32,000 nt of DNA from Pseudanabaena cinerea FACHB-1277 (GTDB taxonomy: Bacteria > Cyanobacteriota > Cyanobacteriia > Pseudanabaenales > Pseudanabaenaceae). The position numbers and the translations under genes were made by a program. Positions 1 to 7,854 of the stretch are shown here, one piece after another (the first letter of the stretch is position 1; every line of letters begins with the position of its first letter). The stretch is taken from the NCBI RefSeq assembly GCF_014696345.1, contig NZ_JACJPY010000028.1, positions 19,151 to 51,150 on the forward strand. The letters run 5' to 3'. The notes below the pieces were generated by a model. It worked only from the letters and a program-made list of their open reading frames with translations, was not told the DNA's origin and did not search any database.

Positions 1-225
1 GCAGAACTACATCTCTATGAGGCGATCGCCGCTTTACCAAGTCAGCCCACTGATGAGCAGTTAATGGCAGGCATCAAAGCGATCGCGCCATTGTTAAACC
101 AATTTTTCGAGGATGTTTTGGTGATGGTTGATGATGTGGATATCCGCCAAAATCGGCTGAATTTACTGGCGATTATCCGTAACTACAGCCGCCAACTAGC
201 AGACTTCAGCGCGATCGTTAAATAG
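1..225 (+). CDS. glyS: glycine--tRNA ligase beta subunit, C-terminal end (5' part lies outside the window)
   Basis: Frame 1 is open from base 1 to TAG at 223-225. The translation ...FFEDVLVMVDDVDIRQNRLNLLAIIRNYSRQLADFSAIVK matches the conserved GlyS C-terminus as I recall it from E. coli (FFDKVMVMVDDKELRINRLTMLEKLRELF). It is absent from the ORF track because it has no start codon. Confidence 0.7.
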   Translation, partial: AELHLYEAIAALPSQPTDEQLMAGIKAIAPLLNQFFEDVLVMVDDVDIRQNRLNLLAIIRNYSRQLADFSAIVK

Positions 226-366
226 ACAGCAAGCGCCCTATGTGAGCTTAAAACCCAAAGAAATTTTTAAAAGGTGTGGAAGCGCACTTTTTAAGAAATT
301 TCTGTGCTATGTCAAACCTTAGTAAGCTGGTTTCTGCCCGATCATAGCTGTGGCAAAGCATTTGTG

Positions 367-651
367 CTATGGCTTAGCCAATACAAAGGGCGGCACAACT
401 AAACTCGTAAATTGCCTTTGATTGTCGCCATTCCACGCACTCAATTCTTCGGCCGTAGGATGACGCAGCCAACCATCTTCGATCCATGACTGGACAAGGA
501 CTGTATTATCTTCTGTCAGCGCCACACCCACATCCACTAAGTCCAGATTTGGAGCTACCAAAATTACCCGCGCCCTTGCCGCATGGGGTGATAGCCATTC
601 CCACAGTGCCACATCAACCATTTTGGTTAGATCTTCCCGTAAACTATTCAC
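367..651 (-). CDS. small conserved protein, DUF2288-like
   Basis: 94-aa ORF. The region WEWLSPHAARARVILVAPNLDLVDVG...WIEDGWL resembles DUF2288 from memory. The start at 651 is GTG and overlaps the TAG of the upstream UDG gene by 1 nt. An alternative ATG lies at 621. Confidence 0.55.
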   Translation of the reverse strand: MNSLREDLTKMVDVALWEWLSPHAARARVILVAPNLDLVDVGVALTEDNTVLVQSWIEDGWLRHPTAEELSAWNGDNQRQFTSLVVPPFVLAKP

Positions 652-1430
652 TAAAAATCCTCATCATCAAGTGCATTGGTTTGATTGTGCTGTTCGCCTG
701 CATTTTGCAAGATCTCTAAATATTTTGCCTTCACAGTTTTGATGTCCTGCCATGTCAACCATTTGGGGCTACCCTCCTCACGGCTTTGATTGCGTAATAA
801 ATAAGAGGGATGGAAAATTGGCATCACTAAGCGCCCTTCCCATTCATACCATTTACCACGCACTTTCGTAATCCCTAATTTTTCGCCCAAAATCGATTTC
901 AGCGAAGTTGCACCCGTCAGCAAAATAATTTGCGGATTGATCAGGCGGATTTGCTCCAGTAAATAGGGCTTGCAGGTATTGGTTTCAATTTCAGTGGGAG
1001 GGCGATTATTGGGAGGGCGACATTTGACTGTGTTACAGATATAGACATCGCGGTTACTATCTATATCCACTGAGGCTAAAATTTTATCCAAAAGTTGCCC
1101 AGATTTGCCAACAAAGGGCAAGCCTGTGAGGTCTTCCTGTTCTCCAGGTGCTTCACCGATGATCAATATCTTTGCTTGGCGATCGCCTCTCTCGACAACA
1201 ACGTTAGTACGGGTTGGTGCAAGGGGGCATTTTTGGCAATTACAGGCGGCTTCGCGTAAGGCATCAAGGTTGTCAAACTGAAGTGTGGGCAGAGGGGCAG
1301 CAACTTGTTTATCTTTTTGCTTATCTTTTTGCTTATCTTTGCGAGGGCGGGAGGTGGCAGTGGGTAATTCTGCTAAGGGTATTTCCGATGGAGCTATATC
1401 AAATATGCTCATTTGCTCTTTTTCATTCAT
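651..1430 (-). CDS. uracil-DNA glycosylase, family 4
   Basis: Family-4 UDG signatures are present: CQKCPLAPTRTNVV, IIGEAPGEQEDLTGLPFVGKSGQLLDKIL and HPSYLLRN. The ORF-track start at 1451 is TTG; the first ATG is at 1430. The N-terminal linker carries a (KDKQ)3 repeat. Confidence 0.85.
   Translation of the reverse strand: MNEKEQMSIFDIAPSEIPLAELPTATSRPRKDKQKDKQKDKQVAAPLPTLQFDNLDALREAACNCQKCPLAPTRTNVVVERGDRQAKILIIGEAPGEQEDLTGLPFVGKSGQLLDKILASVDIDSNRDVYICNTVKCRPPNNRPPTEIETNTCKPYLLEQIRLINPQIILLTGATSLKSILGEKLGITKVRGKWYEWEGRLVMPIFHPSYLLRNQSREEGSPKWLTWQDIKTVKAKYLEILQNAGEQHNQTNALDDEDF
1309..1344. repeat. 12-nt tandem repeat TTATCTTTTTGC, about 2.8 copies
   Basis: Two perfect copies lie at 1309-1320 and 1321-1332, followed by a shortened third copy. 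On the minus strand it encodes KDKQKDKQKDKQ in the UDG N-terminal region. Confidence 0.9.
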
Positions 1431-1511
1431 AGACAAGGATCTGCGCCCCAATTTAATGCTTGTTCTTTATTTTATGCAATTGAGGTAAACAACAGAGAGA
1501 AATTCAAAAGC

Positions 1512-2108
1512 TTAAAAATTATATTCAATTTTTTTGGCAGAATTTAATTTGATTTTCTTGATATCAAATAGCTTTTGGTAAACTTCATCAATTACAGGCA
1601 AGGCTTCCTTTAAGCCTAAATGTGACTTTATGTAGTTTTTCAGTGTGGTTTCAGATCTTGGTCTACTTTTATCATTTAATATGAGTTTTTGAATGATGAT
1701 GTTGCAAGTATCTTCTAGAGATAGTTTTTCGTCCCAAATAAGGCTTGTAATTAATGACAAGTCATCACTACGCTTGCAGAGTAATTTTTGAGATTTTAGG
1801 TAACTAACTAGAGGATCAAAGCCTGTGTCTTTGGAAATGATATGGAAAACTGCCGTGGGATCTCTTTCGGTTAGTCGTCCTAACATAAACGTGATGTGGA
1901 AATCTAGGGCATTTTTACCACTGCCATTGATTTGAATCCATTCCACTTGACCGCTTAGCTCTTGCGATTTTAAAACTAGATCTATGGGGATTTTGGTTTG
2001 ATTTGTGCCAATGAATATTTTGATATAAAAATTTTTATCTTTAAGACAGTTTAGGTCAATATTTTGGACATTTTCATAATCCACCATGACATAGTTATTT
2101 CGCATCAA
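1512..2108 (-). CDS. hypothetical protein with an N-terminal PIN/NYN (LabA-like) nuclease-like region
   Basis: 198-aa ORF. The N-terminus (VMVDYENVQN...GSGKNALDFHITFMLG...HIISKDTGFDPL) has the acidic-residue pattern of NYN/PIN-like folds. The gene is very AT-rich (line 1981-2040 has 15 of 60 G+C) and has no HIP1 site. The family assignment is from memory only. Confidence 0.5.
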   Translation of the reverse strand: MMRNNYVMVDYENVQNIDLNCLKDKNFYIKIFIGTNQTKIPIDLVLKSQELSGQVEWIQINGSGKNALDFHITFMLGRLTERDPTAVFHIISKDTGFDPLVSYLKSQKLLCKRSDDLSLITSLIWDEKLSLEDTCNIIIQKLILNDKSRPRSETTLKNYIKSHLGLKEALPVIDEVYQKLFDIKKIKLNSAKKIEYNF

Positions 2109-2312
2109 GTTCTAGCAAGGTAAAAAATGAATGAGGGGATCAGTAAGAAACTGATTTTTATATGCTTAGTGATTATATCGTATTCCAGATTAACCCATTA
2201 AACAAAGAAAAAAAACAAGCTTTTTGGCGAATTCAGGCAGTTGTCGCGCAAAGCTTTGAGATTGGGAGATACTAAGAATTAATACTTTTAACGCTGGAAA
2301 TAATTTTAAATA

Positions 2313-3179
2313 ATGCCCGAGTTACCCGAAGTTGAGACAGTGCGGATTGGTTTAAATCAAAATACCTTAGGTTGGCAAATTGAGGATGTGGAGGTGTTGT
2401 TGGCTAGGGCGATCGCCTATCCTGAGCAAACCCAAGATTTAATAAACCTCCTCATTGGGGCAGAATTTCAGGAATGGCAAAGGCGAGGCAAATACTTAAT
2501 CGCGCAATTGTCCAGTGGGCGGAAATTGGGCGTACATTTGCGGATGACGGGCAGTTTGTTATGGTGCGATCGCGATGCGCCAGTGGGGAAACATACGCGG
2601 GTGAGAATGCTCGTCAAGGAAAAAGTAGAAAGGAAAAAGGAAAAAGGGGGGAAGGAGTTGCGGTTTGATGATCAACGGACTTTTGGGCGGGTTTGGGCAG
2701 TGCCGCAGGATCGGGCGGTGGAGTCGGTGATTACGGGATTGCAAAAGCTGGGGCTGGAGCCTTTTGATCTAGAATTTACGCCTGAACATTTGGCGGCTAA
2801 GTTGAGCCGTAGCGGTCGCCCGATTAAAACTGTGCTGCTCGATCAGGAAACAGTGGCGGGGATCGGCAATATTTATGCTGATGAGTCGTTATTTTTGAGC
2901 CGAATTTATCCAGAGATGGCGGCAAATTCTCTAAGTTTTGAGCAGGTGCGATCGCTGCATCAAGGAATTATTCGCGCCCTCAGTGATGGTATTGCCAAGG
3001 GTGGGACAACCTTTAGTTCTTTTCAAAATATTGCAGGAATTAAGGGTAATTATATAGATACGGCTTGGGTGTTTCGCCGCAATGGTCAACCCTGTAATGT
3101 CTGTGGCACAGCGATCGCTAGGATCAAGTTAGGCGGACGATCAACCCATTTCTGCCCAAAATGTCAAGCCATAGATTGA
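2313..3179 (+). CDS. mutM: formamidopyrimidine-DNA glycosylase (Fpg/MutM)
   Basis: Canonical MPELPEVETV N-terminus, GNIYADE H2TH region and C-terminal zinc finger CNVCG...CPKCQ. It contains a lysine/glutamate-rich insertion (KEKVERKKEKGGK) encoded by a polypurine tract. Confidence 0.9.
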   Translation: MPELPEVETVRIGLNQNTLGWQIEDVEVLLARAIAYPEQTQDLINLLIGAEFQEWQRRGKYLIAQLSSGRKLGVHLRMTGSLLWCDRDAPVGKHTRVRMLVKEKVERKKEKGGKELRFDDQRTFGRVWAVPQDRAVESVITGLQKLGLEPFDLEFTPEHLAAKLSRSGRPIKTVLLDQETVAGIGNIYADESLFLSRIYPEMAANSLSFEQVRSLHQGIIRALSDGIAKGGTTFSSFQNIAGIKGNYIDTAWVFRRNGQPCNVCGTAIARIKLGGRSTHFCPKCQAID

Positions 3180-3263
3180 AAGTGTGGCATGATGGGCGGC
3201 ACTGTATCCTAACTGGTTGCCGATCGCACTAGTAAATTTGTATTCTTAACACAAAGTTACAAA

Positions 3264-5270
3264 ATGTTTATGAGTAAGAAAGATCAACCACACAAACCAT
3301 CGCCCATTAGCGATCGCCCTGAAGAAGAGGAGGATAATGCCATCGATTCCCAATTTCGACCGAAGTTACACCATTTGTTGGTGATCCTATTTGTCGGCAC
3401 GGTTGTCAGTGGAGCCGCAGCAAGGAACTGGCAAATAGTTGGTAAACAAACCGCCGTTAGCAAGGTCACACAAACTAACTATCAAGCGACGGCAAATTTA
3501 CCCCTAGTCGATGCCAATGGTTTACCTGTGATGAATCCACAGCCGCCATCGGATGCGGAGGTATGGGAATGTGATGTGGCGATCGTGGGTGGCTCCCTTG
3601 GTGGTGTGGCGGCGGCATACCATTCCATGAAAACAGGAGCTACAACTTGCCTAATCGAGCTAACGCCCATGCTAGGCGGACAGGTGAGTTCGCAGGGGGT
3701 CAGTGCGATCGACGAATCAATGCTAATGCGCTATCGTCAGCAATTTCCCTTGAGTTGGACACATTTCAAAAATATTATTGCCAGTCAGCCTGCCCTACCC
3801 CAAAAATATTCCTATCTCAAGCCGGGGGCGGTGGTGGCTGATACCAATAGCTGCTGGGTGGGCAATCTTTGCTTTACCCCCTATTCGGGCGAACTTGCCT
3901 CTGAAGAGTTTTTGCGTGAGTCCCAGCGTTCTGCCCCAAAAAGTCGATGGGGAACCCAAATTGCTTTTAAGGGTGCAAGTTTTAACGAGCGCGGCGATCG
4001 CATTACGGCTATTCATGGCGTGAAGCGGATTCCCCGCGATCCCAACTATTTGCCAGTGGGTCGCCTCTCCCGTGAGCTCAAAGGCTGGTATAACTGGAAC
4101 TCTGATGAAACCTTTGATAAAAAAGCGATTCGCCTCCAAGCACCTGTGGGCAAACAGATGCAGGTAATCGATGCCACGGACACCGCCGAATTAATTGCAT
4201 GGGCAAATTTGCCTCACCGTGTTGGCTCCGAAGGTTTTGAAACCACAGGCGAAGTCCATGCTGTTGCCGATAACCCCGACTGCACCCAAGCATTTACCTT
4301 CCCCTTTGTCCTCAAAATTGCCGATGATGGTGGGCGATCGCTCAAGGAACTCAGCAAAGTCCAACCAGGCTTCTCCCGTGAAGAACATCGCCGCGACTAT
4401 GATCTAGGGCGATTTCCTATGTTTGAGGGCAATAGCGTATTTAACTATCGCCGTATTGTCAGTATGCGGCGCGATGATCCCTTCACTGCTACCCCTGTCC
4501 AAGGCGATATGACCGTGATCAATTGGAATCGTGGCAATGATTGGGGCATTATGAACCCCCCTTTGATCTTGACCGAGCAGCAGATCCGTGCATCAGGACA
4601 ACAGCAAAATTGGCTAGGGGGTTTGAATACCACAGCGCTCAAGGATGGCGAAAATCATGCACTGCTCTTTGCCGAGTGGCTCATGGAAAAGTATGCATCA
4701 TCCCAGTTTCCCTTGCGGATGATGTCTGGTCCTGATAGTCCTATGCCCACCGAATCAGGGCTAAGTATGTATCCTTACATTCGGGAAGGGCGCAGAATTT
4801 TAGGACGTGCCGCCTATGGGCAGAAAGAATTTATGATGCGGGAACAGGATATTCGTAATGATATGCGGGGCGGTCGCGATTTCAACGCCACCTCGATCGG
4901 TATCACTCACTATGCGATCGATATGCATGGTTGCCGCTATCGCAACTGGGAGCCATCGAAAGCGCCAAGCTCGGCTCCTGCCAATGAGGATAAAGTGCTG
5001 CCGATCATTCTGCCCTTCGAGAGTTTGATTCCCCAACGCATTGATAATTTGCTCATTGGCGGTAAATCAATGGCAGTTAGTCATATTGTTAATGGTGCAA
5101 CCCGTATCCATGTGGGTGAATGGTCAGCAGGGGCGGCGGCTGGCGCGGCGGCAGCTTGGTTATCTTTGCAAAGTGACAACAGCCTAACGCCACAGGCGAT
5201 TCTTGATCGCGGTAGACTCAACGAATTACAGGACTTACTGCGATCGCAGGGGATTGTCTTGCGCTGGTAA
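3264..5270 (+). CDS. FAD-dependent oxidoreductase with an N-terminal membrane anchor
   Basis: 668-aa ORF. It has a dinucleotide-binding motif (DVAIVGGSLGGVAAAYH...LIELTPMLGGQ) and a hydrophobic segment (LLVILFVGTVVSGAAA) near the N-terminus. The start could be the ATG at 3264 or at 3270. Confidence 0.7.
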   Translation: MFMSKKDQPHKPSPISDRPEEEEDNAIDSQFRPKLHHLLVILFVGTVVSGAAARNWQIVGKQTAVSKVTQTNYQATANLPLVDANGLPVMNPQPPSDAEVWECDVAIVGGSLGGVAAAYHSMKTGATTCLIELTPMLGGQVSSQGVSAIDESMLMRYRQQFPLSWTHFKNIIASQPALPQKYSYLKPGAVVADTNSCWVGNLCFTPYSGELASEEFLRESQRSAPKSRWGTQIAFKGASFNERGDRITAIHGVKRIPRDPNYLPVGRLSRELKGWYNWNSDETFDKKAIRLQAPVGKQMQVIDATDTAELIAWANLPHRVGSEGFETTGEVHAVADNPDCTQAFTFPFVLKIADDGGRSLKELSKVQPGFSREEHRRDYDLGRFPMFEGNSVFNYRRIVSMRRDDPFTATPVQGDMTVINWNRGNDWGIMNPPLILTEQQIRASGQQQNWLGGLNTTALKDGENHALLFAEWLMEKYASSQFPLRMMSGPDSPMPTESGLSMYPYIREGRRILGRAAYGQKEFMMREQDIRNDMRGGRDFNATSIGITHYAIDMHGCRYRNWEPSKAPSSAPANEDKVLPIILPFESLIPQRIDNLLIGGKSMAVSHIVNGATRIHVGEWSAGAAAGAAAAWLSLQSDNSLTPQAILDRGRLNELQDLLRSQGIVLRW

Positions 5271-5274
5271 GCAG

Positions 5275-5313
5275 AAAAGGAGAATAGGGCTAAGTCCTAT
5301 CCTCCTTTTTTTT
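5275..5313. terminator. bidirectional rho-independent terminator between convergent genes
   Basis: Left arm AAAAGGAGAATAGG (5275-5288), 7-nt loop, right arm CCTATCCTCCTTTT (5296-5309). This gives a 14-bp stem with one mismatch and a T-run extending to 5313. An A-run on the left provides a U-tract for the minus strand. The right arm overlaps the last codons of the DUF3082 gene. Confidence 0.7.
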
Positions 5314-5622
5314 GAAAATTGCGATCGCAACCTGCTTCACTGTCAATAACACCAAACCCAAAGCGATGACGGCAAAGATCATCGTTGCACCAGAGCCGAG
5401 GGCTAATAGTAAAGTCCGCACTAGCGTGGCAAGACGATTGGCAAGGGTATTGGTGGTTTGCAAGGGCGCAGAGGCTAATTTATGGGCAACCATATTGGTA
5501 AAAGCATAAAGCCCTGTTGCCAGAGTGGCCGCGATCGCTGCACCCGTGAGATTTTTAAAAGGAGATGGCGCAATATTTTCAGAGGCTGCGGCTAAAGATG
5601 CTTGTGGTGTTTCGTCAGACAT
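5290..5622 (-). CDS. DUF3082-like small membrane protein
   Basis: The ATG at 5622 gives MSDETPQASLAAAS... with two hydrophobic segments. The longer ORF-track version (to 5763) starts at a TTG and only reads through the heptamer array, so I discount it. Confidence 0.6.
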   Translation of the reverse strand: MSDETPQASLAAASENIAPSPFKNLTGAAIAATLATGLYAFTNMVAHKLASAPLQTTNTLANRLATLVRTLLLALGSGATMIFAVIALGLVLLTVKQVAIAIFKKKEDRT

Positions 5623-5628
5623 AGAGGC

Positions 5629-5747
5629 GGGATGGGGGATGGGTAATGGGTAATGGGTAATGGGTAATGGGTGATGGGTGATGGGTGATGGGTGATGGGT
5701 AATGGGTAATGGGTAATGGGTAATGGGTAATGGGTAATGGGTAATGG
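5629..5747. repeat. heptanucleotide tandem array (STRR-like): 15 perfect units plus degenerate leading units
   Basis: Counted directly: GGGTAAT x4 (5641-5668), GGGTGAT x4 (5669-5696), GGGTAAT x7 (5697-5745). It is preceded by the degenerate units GGGAT and GGGGGAT. Confidence 0.97.
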
Positions 5748-5757
5748 TTTTCTTAAT

Positions 5758-5794
5758 CCCCAATTACCAATCCCCAATCCCCAATTACCATTAC
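5758..5794. repeat. second, degenerate heptamer array in inverted orientation
   Basis: CCCCAAT TACCAAT CCCCAAT CCCCAAT TACCATT. When rotated this reads ATTACCA/ATCCCCA, close to the reverse complement of the GGGTAAT unit. Confidence 0.85.
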
Positions 5795-5945
5795 AACAAA
5801 AAATGACGACACAATGTGCCGCCATTTCTTAATGTGGATTCCAGATTGCAGTGAATCTTAGACAAATATCATAAAACAAAGTAAAAATCTTAATATCATT
5901 GACCACAAAATGATTTAAGATATCCGCACTCAACACAAAAATGCT

Positions 5946-5971
5946 AGTCCACTGGGAGCAGTGGACTTTTT
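5946..5971 (+). terminator. orphan rho-independent terminator hairpin (possible sRNA 3' end)
   Basis: AGTCCACTG (5946-5954), loop GGAG, CAGTGGACT (5959-5967), then TTTTTATTT. No plus-strand CDS lies upstream of it. Confidence 0.45.
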
Positions 5972-6082
5972 ATTTGTTGACAACCCGAATTAATCAGGCT
6001 GATCAAAGTGTCAGTCCACTGATCACATTAACCATAATCATTGCACAAATATTTGTGCCATACGCTTTTAATATCGGAAATT

Positions 6083-6793
6083 ATGACCCAAAGCCTTGAG
6101 CCAGTTTTACTGCCTGATAATCTCGAAGATGCGATCGCCCAAGCAATTAACGCCACCCATCTGGCGATCGCCAATGGTGCTACCCGTATTGTTGTGGATT
6201 TGCGGTTTCCAGAATTAAAGGTATTGCCGATCGCCACCGAGTTTGCGGTGAGTTTTAATCAAAACTATGGCAACAATTGGCAAGCGATCTTTGCGGATGC
6301 GGGGGCGGCGGCTCTAGCCAAAAGAGAATGGGCAGATTTAGATATCTCGGTGCGGGGCGTAAATGAGGGGCGGCGAGCGATTAGGGAAGATGATCGCGCC
6401 TTTTTGATTATTGAGCCAACCTCTGTCGAAGTGGAGCAGTTGGAAAAATTATTGCAATTAGCTGGCGATCGCCCCTTTGTGATGGTCAACCCAAGATTAG
6501 AAAATAGTGAAGTGGGCTTGGGCTTAGCCGCGAGACAAATGCGCGATCGCTTTTTCAATACCTTTGAAACCGCTTACTACATCAAACCCCTAGAACTGGG
6601 TGCATTGTGGCGCTGCTATCCACAAACATGGCAAGTGTGGCAACAAACGGAGCTAGGCATGGAGCCAATGGCGGAGGTATCCCAACGTCCATCTAGTGAG
6701 GATATTGATCGCCTGTTCCGTCAAAAAACAGGACAGCGATCGGGAAATTTCTTAGAAAGCTTGCAACAATTTTTTAATGCTCTGTCCCGTTAA
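6083..6793 (+). CDS. DUF1995 domain protein
   Basis: The ATG at 6083 gives MTQSLEPVLLPDNLEDAIAQA... The overall pattern resembles the cyanobacteria/plastid DUF1995 family from memory. The ORF-track start at 6041 adds an implausible 14 aa. Confidence 0.6.
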   Translation: MTQSLEPVLLPDNLEDAIAQAINATHLAIANGATRIVVDLRFPELKVLPIATEFAVSFNQNYGNNWQAIFADAGAAALAKREWADLDISVRGVNEGRRAIREDDRAFLIIEPTSVEVEQLEKLLQLAGDRPFVMVNPRLENSEVGLGLAARQMRDRFFNTFETAYYIKPLELGALWRCYPQTWQVWQQTELGMEPMAEVSQRPSSEDIDRLFRQKTGQRSGNFLESLQQFFNALSR

Positions 6794-6834
6794 AATTGCA
6801 ACTTACAATTGCATCGCCAATATAGCCCGTAACT

Positions 6835-7854
6835 ATGCTATCCTCCCCCGTCATGCAGCCAGCGATCGCCCAATATCCCATTGCCCAATATCCCATTAGT
6901 ATTGCGCCGATGATGGATCGCACCGATCGCCATTATCGGTACTTCATGCGACAGATCACTAAACAGACGCTGCTCTATACAGAAATGGTGACAAGTGCCG
7001 CAATTAAGCATGGCGATAAAGATTATTTATTAGGATTTTCAGCCTTGGAGAAACCTTTGGTATTGCAGGTGGGGGGCGATCTGCCGCAGGATTTGGCGGA
7101 ATGTGCAAGGATTGCGGCGACGATGGGCTATGACGAGATTAATTTGAATGTGGGTTGTCCTAGCGATCGCGTCCAGAGTGGCAATTTTGGCGCTTGTTTG
7201 ATGAAAACCCCTGACCAAGTGGCGCGATGTATTGAGGCAATGGGTCGCGCCGCACCGATCGCTGTGTCGGTCAAACATCGCATTGGTGTCGATGAACTCG
7301 ATAGTTATGAGCATATGCGAAATTTTGTGCAGATTCTGGCATCCGCAGGCTGTCAAAAATTTACAGTTCATGCTCGCAAAGCTTGGTTACAGGGGCTAAG
7401 CCCCAAGGATAACCGCGAAATTCCGCCATTGCGCTATGGTGATGTGCATCAACTTAAGCAGGAATTTCCCCATTTATTGATCGAAATCAATGGCGGCTTT
7501 ACTGATTTAGAACAGGCTCAGGCACAGTTAAATTATGTGGATGCGGTGATGATTGGTCGCGCTGCCTATGACAATCCCTATTTATTTGCCACCAGCGATC
7601 GCCAATTTTATGGTTCTTCCCATTCTATTCCCAGTCGTTTAGAAGTTGCGGCGGCGATGATTCCCTATATCGATCATTGGACAGCCAAGGGATTGAAACT
7701 GCATAAAATCACCCGTCATATGCTGCAACTGTTTCACGGTCAAGCAGGGAGCCGTATTTGGAAGCGGATGCTCACGGATAATTCCTGTAAGGCAGGGGCA
7801 GATTCGGCAGTAATCGAAGAAGCGATCGCGGCGGTAAGATTATGTCTAGGGTAA
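6835..7854 (+). CDS. dusA: tRNA-dihydrouridine(20/20a) synthase
   Basis: ISIAPMMDRTDRHYRYFMR, EINLNVGCPSDRVQ and VKHRIG are DusA-type motifs. The N-terminus contains a perfect 15-nt tandem duplication, so the exact start is uncertain (6835 or ATG 6853). Confidence 0.85.
   Translation: MLSSPVMQPAIAQYPIAQYPISIAPMMDRTDRHYRYFMRQITKQTLLYTEMVTSAAIKHGDKDYLLGFSALEKPLVLQVGGDLPQDLAECARIAATMGYDEINLNVGCPSDRVQSGNFGACLMKTPDQVARCIEAMGRAAPIAVSVKHRIGVDELDSYEHMRNFVQILASAGCQKFTVHARKAWLQGLSPKDNREIPPLRYGDVHQLKQEFPHLLIEINGGFTDLEQAQAQLNYVDAVMIGRAAYDNPYLFATSDRQFYGSSHSIPSRLEVAAAMIPYIDHWTAKGLKLHKITRHMLQLFHGQAGSRIWKRMLTDNSCKAGADSAVIEEAIAAVRLCLG

Noticed and set aside
5629-5794. Possible CRISPR array
   Set aside because: The units are contiguous 7-nt repeats with no spacers. 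There are no repeats of 25-40 nt and no cas genes in the window.
5290-5825. Two long minus-strand ORFs encoding ITHYPLP repeats (157 aa and 77 aa)
   Set aside because: They are artefacts of reading through a 7-nt tandem repeat, which gives the same heptapeptide in every frame. The 157-aa version starts at a TTG inside the inverted array. The ATG at 5622 gives a sensible DUF3082-like protein.
5928-5971. Yfr1-like sRNA (ACTCAACACA followed by a terminator hairpin)
   Set aside because: The Yfr1 core as I recall it is ACUCCUCACAC. This sequence differs at several positions, and I see no 5' stem-loop, so only a generic orphan-terminator observation is kept.
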